This document shows, one piece after another, positions 1 to 9,411 of a stretch of DNA of 64,000 nt; within the stretch, counting starts at the first letter, position 1; every line of letters begins with the position of its first letter. The DNA lies in the NCBI GenBank assembly GCA_050291465.1, contig JBNKJV010000009.1:52442-116441 (forward strand), written 5' to 3'. The notes under the pieces are model-generated. The model ran no database searches and was not told where the DNA came from. It saw only the letters and a program-made list of their open reading frames with translations. The position numbers and the translations under genes were made by a program. The stretch is from Sedimenticolaceae bacterium. Lineage in GTDB: Bacteria; Pseudomonadota; Gammaproteobacteria; Chromatiales; Chromatiaceae.

Positions 1-907
1 CGTTGAGGAAATCGGCGGCGCTCATGGCCCGCTTACCCGGCGCCTGCAGGGTACGGATGCGTAACAACCCGTCCCCGGTAACAACGTCGATACCCGCTTT
101 GCCCGTGGCCGCCACTGATCCGGGCTCTCCCTCCCCGGCCCCCGGCAGCGGCTCCGCTTCCCAGACACGCAGCACCCCGCCGGCAAAACCGGTCTGGGCA
201 ATCGGCCAGGGATTGAACGCACGCACCTGGCGATCCAGCTCTATTGCGCTACGCCTCCACTCCATCACCGCCTCGCTCTTTTGCAGCTTGTTCGCGTAAT
301 TCGCCTGGGAGTCATCCTGCGGTTTACCGCTCAGGCTTCCGTCCGCTATTCCCGGAAGCGCCTCCATAAGGGCTTCCGCTCCCAGCTGGGACAATCTATC
401 GTGCAGCGAACCACCGGTGTCGCACGCGGAGATCGGACAGCTCTTTTTCAGCAGCATGGGGCCGGTATCCAATCCCTCCTCCATCTCCATTATGGTGATG
501 CCACTCTCCCTGTCTCCGGCCAATATGGCCCGTTGAATGGGGGCCGCGCCCCTCCAGCGGGGCAACAGTGAGGCGTGGATGTTAACGCATCCGAGCCGTG
601 GGGCATCCAGAACCCTGCGCGGAAGGATAAGGCCGTAGGCCACCACCACCATGAGATCTGCCGCATGGCTCTCCAGCTCCAGCAGCGCCTCCTCGACTTT
701 GAAATTCTTTGGTTGGAATACCGCAAGACCCCGTGCCTCGGCCAACACCTTGACCGGACTGGCCGCCATCTTCCGGCCCCTTCCCGCGGGCCTGTCCGGT
801 TGGGTATAGACCGCCACAACCCGATGGTCCGAGGCGATCAGACGCTCAAGAGGAGGTACGGAGAAATCCGGGGTCCCGGCAAAGATGATGTTGAGCGATT
901 CCGTCAT
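1..907 (-). CDS. fmt: methionyl-tRNA formyltransferase (C-terminal end lies beyond the window edge)
   Basis: Absent from the ORF track because it has no in-window stop. My reverse-strand translation from the ATG at 907-905 reads MTESLNIIFAGTPDFSVPPLERL...VYTQPDRPAGRGRK...GCVNIHASLLPRWRGAAPIQRAI, the Fmt signature. It lies directly downstream of def. Confidence 0.9.
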   Translation of the reverse strand, partial: MTESLNIIFAGTPDFSVPPLERLIASDHRVVAVYTQPDRPAGRGRKMAASPVKVLAEARGLAVFQPKNFKVEEALLELESHAADLMVVVAYGLILPRRVLDAPRLGCVNIHASLLPRWRGAAPIQRAILAGDRESGITIMEMEEGLDTGPMLLKKSCPISACDTGGSLHDRLSQLGAEALMEALPGIADGSLSGKPQDDSQANYANKLQKSEAVMEWRRSAIELDRQVRAFNPWPIAQTGFAGGVLRVWEAEPLPGAGEGEPGSVAATGKAGIDVVTGDGLLRIRTLQAPGKRAMSAADFLN

Positions 908-1049
908 TGAGGCTTCCTGCAGGCAAAATGGTTTGAGGGATATATTTATAATGCAGAGAACGCAGAGGCGCTGGGGATGCAGAAATCATATGTTATTGCA
1001 GCCCGCGCAATTGCACCTCCGCGTTTAATACGCGAATACCGAACGAACG

Positions 1050-1583
1050 CTAAATCACGCGCCTGGACGGAGTTTCCGGAGGTGCTTTCTGCCGTGCCTC
1101 CTTCTCGAGCTTTTTCCGGATGCGTTGCCGTTTCAGGCCCGAGAGATAATCCACGAACAGCTTGCCGTCGAGGTGATCGATTTCATGCTGAATGCATACC
1201 GCCAACAGACCATCCGTTTCCAGTTCGAACGGCCTGCCCTCCTTATCCAGCGCCCGCACCTTTATCCGTTCGGCCCTGGTGACCTTGTCGAAGACACCTG
1301 GAACCGACAGACACCCCTCTTCCATCTGCTCCTCCCCTTCAGATTCCAGGATCTCCGGATTAATCAGGCAAAGAGGACTGTCATGCTCTTCGGAAACATC
1401 GATGACAACAACCCGTTTTGCCACGTTGACCTGAGTCGCCGCCAGTCCGATGCCCGGTGCCTGATACATGGTTTCAAACATATCCTCCACCAAACGTCCG
1501 ACGGTCGCATCGACCTTTTCTATCGGCTCCGCTTTGTTGCGCAGCCGTGAATCAGGGAAATGTAGAATCTCGAGGATCGCCAT
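1050..1583 (-). CDS. def: peptide deformylase
   Basis: 177-aa ORF with the [17 protein letters not shown] and HEIDHLDG metal-binding motifs. Confidence 0.95.
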   Translation of the reverse strand: MAILEILHFPDSRLRNKAEPIEKVDATVGRLVEDMFETMYQAPGIGLAATQVNVAKRVVVIDVSEEHDSPLCLINPEILESEGEEQMEEGCLSVPGVFDKVTRAERIKVRALDKEGRPFELETDGLLAVCIQHEIDHLDGKLFVDYLSGLKRQRIRKKLEKEARQKAPPETPSRRVI

Positions 1584-1761
1584 TGGGATTTCCGGAATTT
1601 GCTACCCAGATCATGTACAACGGGGAAAACTGGGTTATAGTACAAACGTAAAAAAATTCGCTAACATTATGATGATACAGGATTCTAGGTCGAAATGTCG
1701 GCTTTAATCCGAGCTTTTTCCGGACTAAACTCCAACTATTTCATGTTGCAAAGGGATCGCC

Positions 1762-2799
1762 ATGCCAAAACTTAAAACCAAGCTTGCCGGCTTTATCCTG
1801 GGCCTGATCTTCTCCGGTGCCGCCCTCGCAGCTGATCCGGTCGCCGTGAACCCGGCGCACCCGGACCGCTACACGGTGGTTGCAGGTGATACCCTTTGGG
1901 ATATCGCGGGGCGCTTTCTGCGTGATCCCTGGCGCTGGCCCGATGTCTGGTATGTCAATCCCCAGATCGAAAACCCGCACCTGATCTATCCCGGTGACGT
2001 CATAGAGATGGCCTATGTTGACGGCAAACTGCAGCTCCGACTGCGGCGAGGCTCGGAGGTTAAACTGTCTCCCAAGGTACGGACATCGGCCCTGCAGGAC
2101 GCCATACCGACAATACCGATCGATGCCATTTATCCTTTTCTCACCAGACCGTACGTGGTTGGAGAGAAGGAATTGGAGGCGGCACCTTATATCGTCGACT
2201 TCGCTGACGAACACCTGGCGGGTGGCTCCGGGCAGAACGTCTACGTGCGCTCCATTGAAACGGAAGACAACACGAACTTCGATGTGGTTCGCCCCGGCGG
2301 ACCGTACAAGGATGCCGACACGGGAGAGATCCTGGGCTACGAGGCGCTCTATATCGGCAACACCAAGCTGCTGCGTACCGGCGATCCGGCGACCTGCCTG
2401 CTAACCAGCACAGGGCAGGAAACCCTGATCGGAGACCGTTTGCTGGTGTCAACCCAGGACCAGCCGCTGGAGGACTTCTACCCCAAAGCCCCCGACTCGC
2501 AGATCAGGGGCAGCATCATCGCCGTCATGGACGGTGTTACCCAGATCGGCCAGTATAACGTGGTGGTACTGGACCGTGGGGCCGATGACGGATTACAGCC
2601 GGGCGATGTACTTGCTATTGAACACCGGGGCGAGACCGTTCGCGATACCGTCACCTCCAACCTGACGGACACAGTAAAACTCCCGGACGAGAAGGCCGGT
2701 CACCTGATGGTGTTCCGCACCTTCCCCCGGGTCAGTTTCGGACTGGTGTTGGACGCCACTCGCGCTATCCACGTACTGGACCGCGTCAGAAATCCCTAG
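1762..2799 (+). CDS. LysM peptidoglycan-binding protein, TsaP-like
   Basis: 345-aa ORF with a signal peptide (LAGFILGLIFSGAALAA) and a LysM motif (YTVVAGDTLWDIAGRFL). Its position between def and dprA matches TsaP of Pseudomonas and Neisseria. Confidence 0.75.
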   Translation: MPKLKTKLAGFILGLIFSGAALAADPVAVNPAHPDRYTVVAGDTLWDIAGRFLRDPWRWPDVWYVNPQIENPHLIYPGDVIEMAYVDGKLQLRLRRGSEVKLSPKVRTSALQDAIPTIPIDAIYPFLTRPYVVGEKELEAAPYIVDFADEHLAGGSGQNVYVRSIETEDNTNFDVVRPGGPYKDADTGEILGYEALYIGNTKLLRTGDPATCLLTSTGQETLIGDRLLVSTQDQPLEDFYPKAPDSQIRGSIIAVMDGVTQIGQYNVVVLDRGADDGLQPGDVLAIEHRGETVRDTVTSNLTDTVKLPDEKAGHLMVFRTFPRVSFGLVLDATRAIHVLDRVRNP

Positions 2800-2852
2800 G
2801 GCCTGTTAATACCCTAATCCGGCGCCCAGGGACGGGCGCGGATCATTTCGAG

Positions 2853-4061
2853 GTGGTCATGGATGATTCACCGAACACCCTTGAGCACGAAGATGAACTG
2901 CGCTACTGGCTGGCGCTGATGCGCGCACCCGGTCTGGGCGCCCTCGGGCTTGCAGCCCTGACAAACCGGGTGCCATGCCCTTCCGAACTTTTTCACTCCT
3001 CTGCCGCCCGCTTATTTGCACTGGGTATCAAGCGGCAAACGGTGGAATATCTCCGCTCCCCCTGCTGGCGAGAGATCGATGGGGACCTTGAATGGTTGCG
3101 GCAGCCGGACAACCACCTGATCACTCTGCAAGACCCCCGTTACCCGACACTGCTGAAAGAGATCCATGATCCACCCCCGGCGCTCTTTCTTCACGGCGAT
3201 CCGCAGTCACTTATCACCCCCCAGCTGGCGATGGTGGGATCCCGCAATCCCACCCCGTCAGGAAGAGAGAACGCGCACAACTTCGCAGCGCATATGGCGG
3301 CTGCCGGTCTCACCATAACCAGCGGCCTCGCCGTAGGTATTGACGGCGCCTCCCACGAAGGGGCGCTGGATGCCGGCGGATCCACCATCGCCGTGACCGG
3401 AACCGGACTTGATCGTGTCTACCCGGCCCGGCAGCGTCAACTGGCCCACCGCATCGCGGAACAGGGCGCCCTGGTCTCGGAACTACCACCGGGGACTCCG
3501 CCCCGGAAAGGGAATTTTCCCCGCCGCAACCGTATTATCAGCGGTCTGAGCGTCGGCACCCTGGTGCTGGAGGCGGCCCGCCAAAGCGGCTCCCTCATCA
3601 CCGCCCGGCTGGCTGCGGAACAGGGACGGGAGGTCTTCGCCATCCCCGGTTCCATCCACAATCCCCTGGCCCGCGGTTGCCACGCCCTGATTCGCCAGGG
3701 TGCCAAACTGGTGGAAACGGCCGGTGACGTCATGGAGGAACTGGCCTCCCTGCTTGGCGGTTTTGCGCCTGTCCCGGTACCCTGCTCAAAGGAAAATCCC
3801 CCACCCGGACCGGAAAAAGAGCACCTTTTCCTCCTTAAATGCATGGGTTTTGACCCGGTGACGGCGGACCAATTGATTGTGCGCAGCGGATTGACCGCGG
3901 ATGCGGTTTCCTCCATGCTGCTCTTGCTTGAGCTGGAAGGTTATGTATCATCTGCGCCCGGCGGCCTTTTTTGCCGCGCCAGTAAAGCCGAATTGATTTA
4001 CCCCTCACTGACAGCAGCCCCTGAGGGTGGCAACAAAGCCTGCTACAAGGACCCATCATGA
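2853..4061 (+). CDS. dprA: DNA-processing protein DprA (Smf)
   Basis: 402-aa ORF with DprA Rossmann-fold motifs (VGSRNPTPSG, ITSGLAVGIDGASHEGAL, FPRRNRIISGLS). The start is GTG 2853 or ATG 2859. Confidence 0.9.
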   Translation: MVMDDSPNTLEHEDELRYWLALMRAPGLGALGLAALTNRVPCPSELFHSSAARLFALGIKRQTVEYLRSPCWREIDGDLEWLRQPDNHLITLQDPRYPTLLKEIHDPPPALFLHGDPQSLITPQLAMVGSRNPTPSGRENAHNFAAHMAAAGLTITSGLAVGIDGASHEGALDAGGSTIAVTGTGLDRVYPARQRQLAHRIAEQGALVSELPPGTPPRKGNFPRRNRIISGLSVGTLVLEAARQSGSLITARLAAEQGREVFAIPGSIHNPLARGCHALIRQGAKLVETAGDVMEELASLLGGFAPVPVPCSKENPPPGPEKEHLFLLKCMGFDPVTADQLIVRSGLTADAVSSMLLLLELEGYVSSAPGGLFCRASKAELIYPSLTAAPEGGNKACYKDPS

Positions 4062-4534
4062 ATGAAAATGTCGTCGACATCCTGATTTATCTCTACGAAA
4101 ACTACATGGACAGTGAACAGCAATCCCCTTCCAATCAGGCTGAGCTTCATGACGAACTGGTACAGGCAGGTTTTCCCGAAAGAGAAATCGACAAGGCCTT
4201 TCTTTGGCTTGATGAATTGGCATCACACCAAAGTTCTCAAGATTTTCGCCCAAACGCCGATCCATCATTTCGCGTATACACGGAACAGGAGATCCAGCGT
4301 CTGGATTCCGATTGCCGCGGTCTGCTTCTGTTCCTGGAGCAGAACAACATCCTTGATCAGGCAAGCCGGGAGCTGGTAATCGAACGGGCCATCGCCCTGG
4401 AAAATATTCACATCGGCGTCGAAGAGTTGAAATGGATCGTTCTGATGGTGTTGATGAACCAACCCGGACAGGAGAGTGCTTACGCACAGATGGAAGACCT
4501 GATTTACAACGAGCAGCCCCTTTATCTTCACTGA
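4058..4534 (+). CDS. smg: Smg protein (DUF494)
   Basis: 158-aa ORF with an ATGA overlap onto dprA. It aligns by eye with E. coli Smg (DILIYLYENY, CRGLLLFLEQNNIL, LKWIVLMVL). Confidence 0.9.
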   Translation: MNENVVDILIYLYENYMDSEQQSPSNQAELHDELVQAGFPEREIDKAFLWLDELASHQSSQDFRPNADPSFRVYTEQEIQRLDSDCRGLLLFLEQNNILDQASRELVIERAIALENIHIGVEELKWIVLMVLMNQPGQESAYAQMEDLIYNEQPLYLH

Positions 4535-4562
4535 TCTTTTCGGAACCCCCGCAATATCGCCA

Positions 4563-6842
4563 ATGAATCTGGTTATCGTCGAGTCCCCCGCCAAAGCCAA
4601 AACCATCAAGAAATACCTTGGCAAGGATTTTGAGGTTCTCGCCTCTTATGGTCACGTGCGGGACCTTGTTCCAAAGGCGGGCGCAGTTGACCCGGACAAC
4701 GACTTTGCAATGCGATACCAGGCGATCGAGAGAAACGATCGTCATGTCCAGGCTATCGCCAAGACCCTGAAAAAGGCGGATGCGCTCTATCTCGCAACCG
4801 ACCCCGACCGTGAAGGTGAAGCCATCTCCTGGCACCTTTACGAATTGCTTGAAAACGGCGACTACCTGAAAGACAAGGCGGTACACCGCGTAGTCTTCAA
4901 TGAGATAACTAAAAAAGCGATTCAGGAGGCGGTTGCACACCCCCGGGAACTCTCCATGGATCTGGTCAACGCCCAACAGGCGCGGCGGGCACTGGATTAC
5001 CTGGTGGGGTTTAATCTTTCCCCTCTGCTTTGGAAAAAGGTTCGACGTGGCCTCTCCGCGGGACGAGTCCAAAGCCCCGCCCTGCGCATGATTGTAGAAC
5101 GGGAAGAGGAGATCGAGGCCTTCCAGTCCCGGGAATACTGGACCATCGAGGCCGATCTGAACAAAGACGGCCAGGATTTCAGCGCTAAACTGGCTCTGCT
5201 CCAGGGAGAAAAACTGGAACAGTTCAGTATCACTGACGGGGAGCATGCGGCAAACGCGGAACGCCTGCTGCTGGACGCTGCAAAGGGCGGCCTGTTGGTA
5301 GCAAAGGTTCAGAAGAAGCAGCGCAAACGCAACCCCGCCGCCCCCTTCACTACCTCCACCCTGCAGCAGGAAGCGGCTCGCAAGCTCGGCTTTACCGCGC
5401 AACGCACCATGCGCACCGCCCAACAGCTGTATGAGGGCATCGACACCGGGGCCGGGGCCGTAGGCCTTATCACCTACATGCGTACCGATTCGGTTCATCT
5501 TGCGGATGAAGCCCTGAATGAACTGCGTGCATTCATCAGCACACGCTTCGGGGAGGACAACCTGCCGCAGCAACCGCGCCATTTCAAAACCAAGGCAAAG
5601 AACGCCCAGGAAGCCCACGAGGCGATTCGCCCCACTTCCGCTCACCGCATGCCGGAAGAAGTGAAGCAGTACCTCAGCAAGGATCAGTATCGGCTGTACG
5701 AGTTGATCTGGAAACGCGCCGTCGCCTGCCAGATGATTCATGCCACACTCGACACCGTAGCTGCGGACCTCAGTTGCGGAGAAGACAATATTTTCCGGGC
5801 AAACGGCTCCACCGTTGCCAATCCCGGGTTCATGGCGGTCTACATGGAGAGCGTGGACGATGCCAAAGCGGGGGATAATGATGAAAAGATGCTCCCGCCC
5901 CTGCAGGAAGGGGAAACCGTGGCGCTCAAGGCCATACGTCCGGAGCAACATTTCACTGAGCCGCCGCCCCGTTACAGCGAGGCGAGCCTGGTCAAGGCCC
6001 TGGAGGAGTACGGCATCGGCCGCCCCTCGACCTACGCTTCCATCATCTCCACCCTGCAGGATCGTGAATATGTAGAGATGGAGAAAAAGCGATTCCACCC
6101 GACGGACGTGGGCCGGGTGGTGAACAAGTTCCTGACCCGCTACTTCACCCGCTATGTCGACTATGGGTTCACCGCCAGCCTGGAAGATGAGCTGGACGCG
6201 GTCTCCCGGGGCGAAGAGGAGTGGATACCGCTGCTCAGCAACTTCTGGCGCCCGTTCAAGGAGCTGATCGATTACACCCAGGAAAATGTAAAACGTAGTG
6301 ACGTCACCCACGAAGCACTGGACGAGCAATGTCCCAAATGCGGAAGTCAGCTCTCTATCCGCCTTGGTCGTCACGGTCGTTTCGTGGGCTGCACCAACTA
6401 TCCGGAGTGCGACTATACACGTGACCTGAACAGCGAAAACGGGGAGCCGGAAAAGCCGGAGATCGTGGAGGGGCGGAAATGCCCGGACTGCGGGTCCGAT
6501 CTGGTAATCAAACGCAGCAAATACGGCAAATTCATAGGTTGCTCCTCCTACCCTGATTGCCGTCACATCGAGCCCCTGGAAAAACCGGAAGATACCGGTG
6601 TTACCTGCCCGAAATGTGCCAGCGGCACCCTGCTGAAACGCAAGTCCAGACGCGGGAAGATCTTCTATTCCTGCTCCACCTACCCGGACTGCGACTATGC
6701 CATCTGGAATGAGCCGGTGGCGGAGCCCTGCCCCAGTTGTGACTGGCCGATACTCACCATCAAGACCACGAAACGCAAGGGAACCGAAAAGATCTGCCCG
6801 CAGCAGGAGTGCTCCTTCGCCGAAAAGGTGGAAGAGCATTAG
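4563..6842 (+). CDS. topA: DNA topoisomerase I
   Basis: 759-aa ORF with a TOPRIM N-terminus (MNLVIVESPAKAKTIKKYLG), the active-site Tyr region (LITYMRTDS) and four C-terminal CxxC...CxxC zinc ribbons. Confidence 0.95.
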   Translation: MNLVIVESPAKAKTIKKYLGKDFEVLASYGHVRDLVPKAGAVDPDNDFAMRYQAIERNDRHVQAIAKTLKKADALYLATDPDREGEAISWHLYELLENGDYLKDKAVHRVVFNEITKKAIQEAVAHPRELSMDLVNAQQARRALDYLVGFNLSPLLWKKVRRGLSAGRVQSPALRMIVEREEEIEAFQSREYWTIEADLNKDGQDFSAKLALLQGEKLEQFSITDGEHAANAERLLLDAAKGGLLVAKVQKKQRKRNPAAPFTTSTLQQEAARKLGFTAQRTMRTAQQLYEGIDTGAGAVGLITYMRTDSVHLADEALNELRAFISTRFGEDNLPQQPRHFKTKAKNAQEAHEAIRPTSAHRMPEEVKQYLSKDQYRLYELIWKRAVACQMIHATLDTVAADLSCGEDNIFRANGSTVANPGFMAVYMESVDDAKAGDNDEKMLPPLQEGETVALKAIRPEQHFTEPPPRYSEASLVKALEEYGIGRPSTYASIISTLQDREYVEMEKKRFHPTDVGRVVNKFLTRYFTRYVDYGFTASLEDELDAVSRGEEEWIPLLSNFWRPFKELIDYTQENVKRSDVTHEALDEQCPKCGSQLSIRLGRHGRFVGCTNYPECDYTRDLNSENGEPEKPEIVEGRKCPDCGSDLVIKRSKYGKFIGCSSYPDCRHIEPLEKPEDTGVTCPKCASGTLLKRKSRRGKIFYSCSTYPDCDYAIWNEPVAEPCPSCDWPILTIKTTKRKGTEKICPQQECSFAEKVEEH

Positions 6843-6939
6843 GGGAAGTAAACCCAGAACATTTCCATTGCACGGTAGCCTGGGGGCGGAAAATCCGGTA
6901 TCTTCCCCCCCTCCCCAACCAGACAGAGAGCGGTGAAAC

Positions 6940-7446
6940 ATGAGTAAACCCTTTGTCGCCGTGTTAATGGGTTCGGATTCGGATCTGCCGGTACTGCAAT
7001 CCACCATGGACGTGCTCAAGACGCTGGATATTCCGTTCGAGGCGAAGATCACCTCCGCCCACCGCACACCCGATATAACCCACGCCTATGTAAGGGATGC
7101 CGACCAACGAGGCTGTTGCGTCTTCATTGCGGCCGCCGGACTGGCGGCGCACCTGGCCGGCGCGGTCTCCGCCGCCACCCTGAAGCCGGTGATCGGTATC
7201 CCGCTGGATAACGGTCCGCTGCAGGGCATGGATTCCCTTCTTTCCACGGTCCAGATGCCCGGTGGCATTCCGGTGGCCACCGTCGCCATCGGCAAGGCCG
7301 GTGCCAAGAATGCCGCCTATCTCGCAGCCCAGATCATGGCCCTTTCCGATCCGCAACTGGCGGAACGTATCCGCAAGGAGCGCCAGACCAATGCGGACGG
7401 AGTGGCGGCAAAGGATGCCAAGCTTCAAACGGAGTTGGCGGGGTAA
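6940..7446 (+). CDS. purE: 5-(carboxyamino)imidazole ribonucleotide mutase
   Basis: 168-aa ORF with the [13 protein letters not shown] and SAHRTP motifs. No purK is adjacent. Confidence 0.9.
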   Translation: MSKPFVAVLMGSDSDLPVLQSTMDVLKTLDIPFEAKITSAHRTPDITHAYVRDADQRGCCVFIAAAGLAAHLAGAVSAATLKPVIGIPLDNGPLQGMDSLLSTVQMPGGIPVATVAIGKAGAKNAAYLAAQIMALSDPQLAERIRKERQTNADGVAAKDAKLQTELAG

Positions 7447-7451
7447 CGAAG

Positions 7452-8033
7452 GTGTGTGAGGACGGAAGTGTTTCACCACTTCCCCTCTGGCGGCTGCGTG
7501 AGGCCGCCCGTTGTTTTCATCAAGGCGGCATCCTCGCCTACCCCACGGAAGCGGTATACGGTCTGGGGTGCGATCCTCGCGACTGGTTCGCCGTGGAACG
7601 CATCCTGGCGCTCAAGAAACGCGCGGAAGAAAAAGGATTGATCCTTATTGCGGCGGACTTCGAACAGCTTCTGCCCTTTGTACAGCCCCTCCCCGACCAC
7701 AAGATGCGGAACCCCCTGGCGAGTTGGCCGGGCCCCTCCACCTGGCTGCTGCCCGCCGCGTCCGACCTGCCCCCCTGGCTTTGCGGCAGACACGCCACCA
7801 TTGCGGTACGTGTCACGGCGCATCCGATAGCGGCTGCCCTCTGCCGCGCGTGCGGTTCGCCGCTGATCTCCACCAGCGCCAATATAGAAGGCCAACCACC
7901 CGCTCGCAGCGCTCTGCAGGTACGCACCCGGTTCGGCGACCGGATCGATTGCATCCTGCACGGTGACGTGGGGCAGCTATCCAGACCGACGGTTATCCGC
8001 GATGCCGCCAGCGGTGAGATTGTCCGTTATTGA
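7452..8033 (+). CDS. tsaC: L-threonylcarbamoyladenylate synthase type 1
   Basis: 193-aa ORF with a GTG start 6 nt after the purE stop. It carries the YrdC/Sua5 motif (AYPTEAVYGLGCDP) and SANIEGQPP. Confidence 0.85.
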   Translation: MCEDGSVSPLPLWRLREAARCFHQGGILAYPTEAVYGLGCDPRDWFAVERILALKKRAEEKGLILIAADFEQLLPFVQPLPDHKMRNPLASWPGPSTWLLPAASDLPPWLCGRHATIAVRVTAHPIAAALCRACGSPLISTSANIEGQPPARSALQVRTRFGDRIDCILHGDVGQLSRPTVIRDAASGEIVRY

Positions 8034-8213
8034 ATGTTGTGGAATCGCTGATCAAGTCCTTGTTGGCTTCCCCCGCCTTTGGCCTTAACATTGTTCGGAC
8101 CGGGCAGTCCCCGGCCTGTCTCGCCGAAGTGGATTGATCGACCCACAGTCAGACAGTGCCATCACGCCTTCTATTCCAGGACACTACATCCAACCTACGG
8201 GTCAACTTTAAAT

Positions 8214-8783
8214 ATGGGAAATTTCACAAGCCCTCTTTGCGACGCCGCCCAGAGCCTGCTGCTGGTAATCGATATCCAGGAGCGACTAACCACCGCAATG
8301 TCTGCGCCGAGCCGGGAGGGGGTATTGAAAAACACCTCGCTTCTGCTCCAGGGCGCCTCCTTACTCCAGGTCCCGGTGGTAGGAACCGAGCAATATCCCA
8401 AAGGCCTGGGACCGACGGAGGGAGTGTTGCTGGAACAGATGCCGTCGACAGCCAAGCATTTTGAGAAAACCAGTTTTTCCTGCTGCAGCACGGCAGGGTT
8501 CTGCGAAACCGGGCTGGACCCGGAACGAAAGCAGATAGTCATCGCCGGCATGGAGACCCATGTCTGCGTACTCCAGACAGCACTCGATTTGCAGCAACGC
8601 GGATATCAGGTGTTCGTGGTGGCGGACGCGGTCTGTTCCCGCTCCGAGGAGAACCGCAGTAACGCCCTGGCGCGGATGTACAAAAGCGATATCGTAATCA
8701 CCAATACCGAATCGGTGCTGTTCGAGTGGCTCAGGGATGCGGGGCACGAACAGTTCCGGACCATCTCCCGAATGCTGCGTTGA
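8214..8783 (+). CDS. isochorismatase-family hydrolase
   Basis: The ORF track starts at an upstream TTG (8079). I prefer ATG 8214, because the conserved domain begins at LLLVIDIQERL. Also present are IAGMETHVCVLQTALDL and VVADAVCSRS. Confidence 0.8.
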   Translation: MGNFTSPLCDAAQSLLLVIDIQERLTTAMSAPSREGVLKNTSLLLQGASLLQVPVVGTEQYPKGLGPTEGVLLEQMPSTAKHFEKTSFSCCSTAGFCETGLDPERKQIVIAGMETHVCVLQTALDLQQRGYQVFVVADAVCSRSEENRSNALARMYKSDIVITNTESVLFEWLRDAGHEQFRTISRMLR

Positions 8784-8793
8784 CCCGCGCACT

Positions 8794-8812
8794 GTAGGGC
8801 CGGCTGCCCACC
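8794..8812. repeat. REP-like GC-rich hairpin
   Basis: GTAGGGC-CGGCT-GCCCACC, 11 nt after the isochorismatase-family stop codon. Confidence 0.3.
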
Positions 8813-8913
8813 GGAACGTTTCACCGCGGAGAACGCAGAGCTAAATTTGTCACGTAGCTACGCAACGTGGCCTACTACTAAACCCTGGTTCCTCGTCCCT
8901 TGGCCCTGGATAG

Positions 8914-8933
8914 GTAGGGCAAGGCCCCACCCT
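8914..8933. repeat. REP-like GC-rich hairpin
   Basis: GTAGGGC-AAG-GCCCCACCCT, in the same intergenic gap. Confidence 0.3.
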
Positions 8934-8966
8934 GCCGCTGACAACTGATGTACCCATCCTGCGCAT

Positions 8967-8999
8967 AAAAAAAAGGCCCGCCTGGGGAGTAAGCGGACC
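8967..8999 (-). terminator. rho-independent terminator on the minus strand with no upstream gene
   Basis: Read on the minus strand: GGUCCGC, an 11-nt loop, GCGGGCC (7 bp including one G-U pair), then U8 (plus-strand A8 at 8967-8974). Confidence 0.55.
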
Positions 9000-9095
9000 T
9001 AAGCGCCTTCATTTAGCGCAGGAGGAGGATCAAACCACGGACCCCGGGCACCGCCGGGGTATAATTCCCGTGTTTACACTACTATTCGGCTAAAA
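8967..9095 (-). ncRNA. candidate small RNA (5' end undetermined)
   Basis: A 381-bp gap with no ORF. The minus-strand terminator has no CDS upstream of it. The putative transcript contains a perfect 7-bp hairpin (ACCCCGG/CCGGGGU) and a single-stranded CCUCCUCC tract. I could not find a convincing promoter. Confidence 0.25.
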
Positions 9096-9164
9096 GGCCG
9101 AAAACTTTAGCCATTATTTTGACTAAACAAAAAATCTTGACGACTAACAGCGGGCGGATAGGGT

Positions 9165-9371
9165 ATGGAAGAGGAAAAGATTATCGATATTCAGAGCCGC
9201 CTGGCGTTCCAGGAAGACACCCTGCAGGAATTGAATGCGACCATCGCCCGTCAACAGCAGGAAATCAGGGATCTGAAAAAGGAGGTCGATAACCTAAAAG
9301 AAGGCCTGAGAGGTATAGCAGCGGCTATCCCGGGCAACAAGGAGGAGGATCCCCTGCCTCCGCATTACTGA
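9165..9371 (+). CDS. slyX: SlyX family protein
   Basis: 68-aa coiled-coil ORF (SRLAFQEDTLQELN ... PPHY C-terminus), matching E. coli SlyX. Confidence 0.85.
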   Translation: MEEEKIIDIQSRLAFQEDTLQELNATIARQQQEIRDLKKEVDNLKEGLRGIAAAIPGNKEEDPLPPHY

Positions 9372-9382
9372 ATTTTGTTTTC

Positions 9383-9407
9383 GGCAGCTGCTTCTCCCGC
9401 AGCTGCC
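9383..9407. terminator. strong GC-rich hairpin between convergent slyX and the mlaC-like gene
   Basis: GGCAGCTGC, a 7-nt loop, GCAGCTGCC: a perfect 9-bp stem. There is no 3' U-tract on either strand, so a terminator function is uncertain. Confidence 0.35.
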
Positions 9408-9411
9408 TGAG

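Noticed and set aside
4056-7067. 1003-aa ORF on the minus strand
   Set aside because: It is antisense to the well-supported smg, topA and purE genes. It is codon-aligned with topA, so its openness follows from avoidance of TTA/CTA/TCA codons. The translation has no motifs. I do not call it a CDS.
8079-8213. Upstream TTG start for the isochorismatase-family gene
   Set aside because: The extra 45 residues are non-conserved, and the family domain begins right after ATG 8214.
8784-9164. Possibility that the gap encodes tmRNA, SRP (4.5S) RNA, 6S RNA or RNase P RNA
   Set aside because: I looked for the tmRNA tag-coding and tRNA-like ends, the SRP GGAAGCAGCC-type domain IV motif and the RNase P boxes on both strands, and found none. 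Only a generic sRNA candidate remains.
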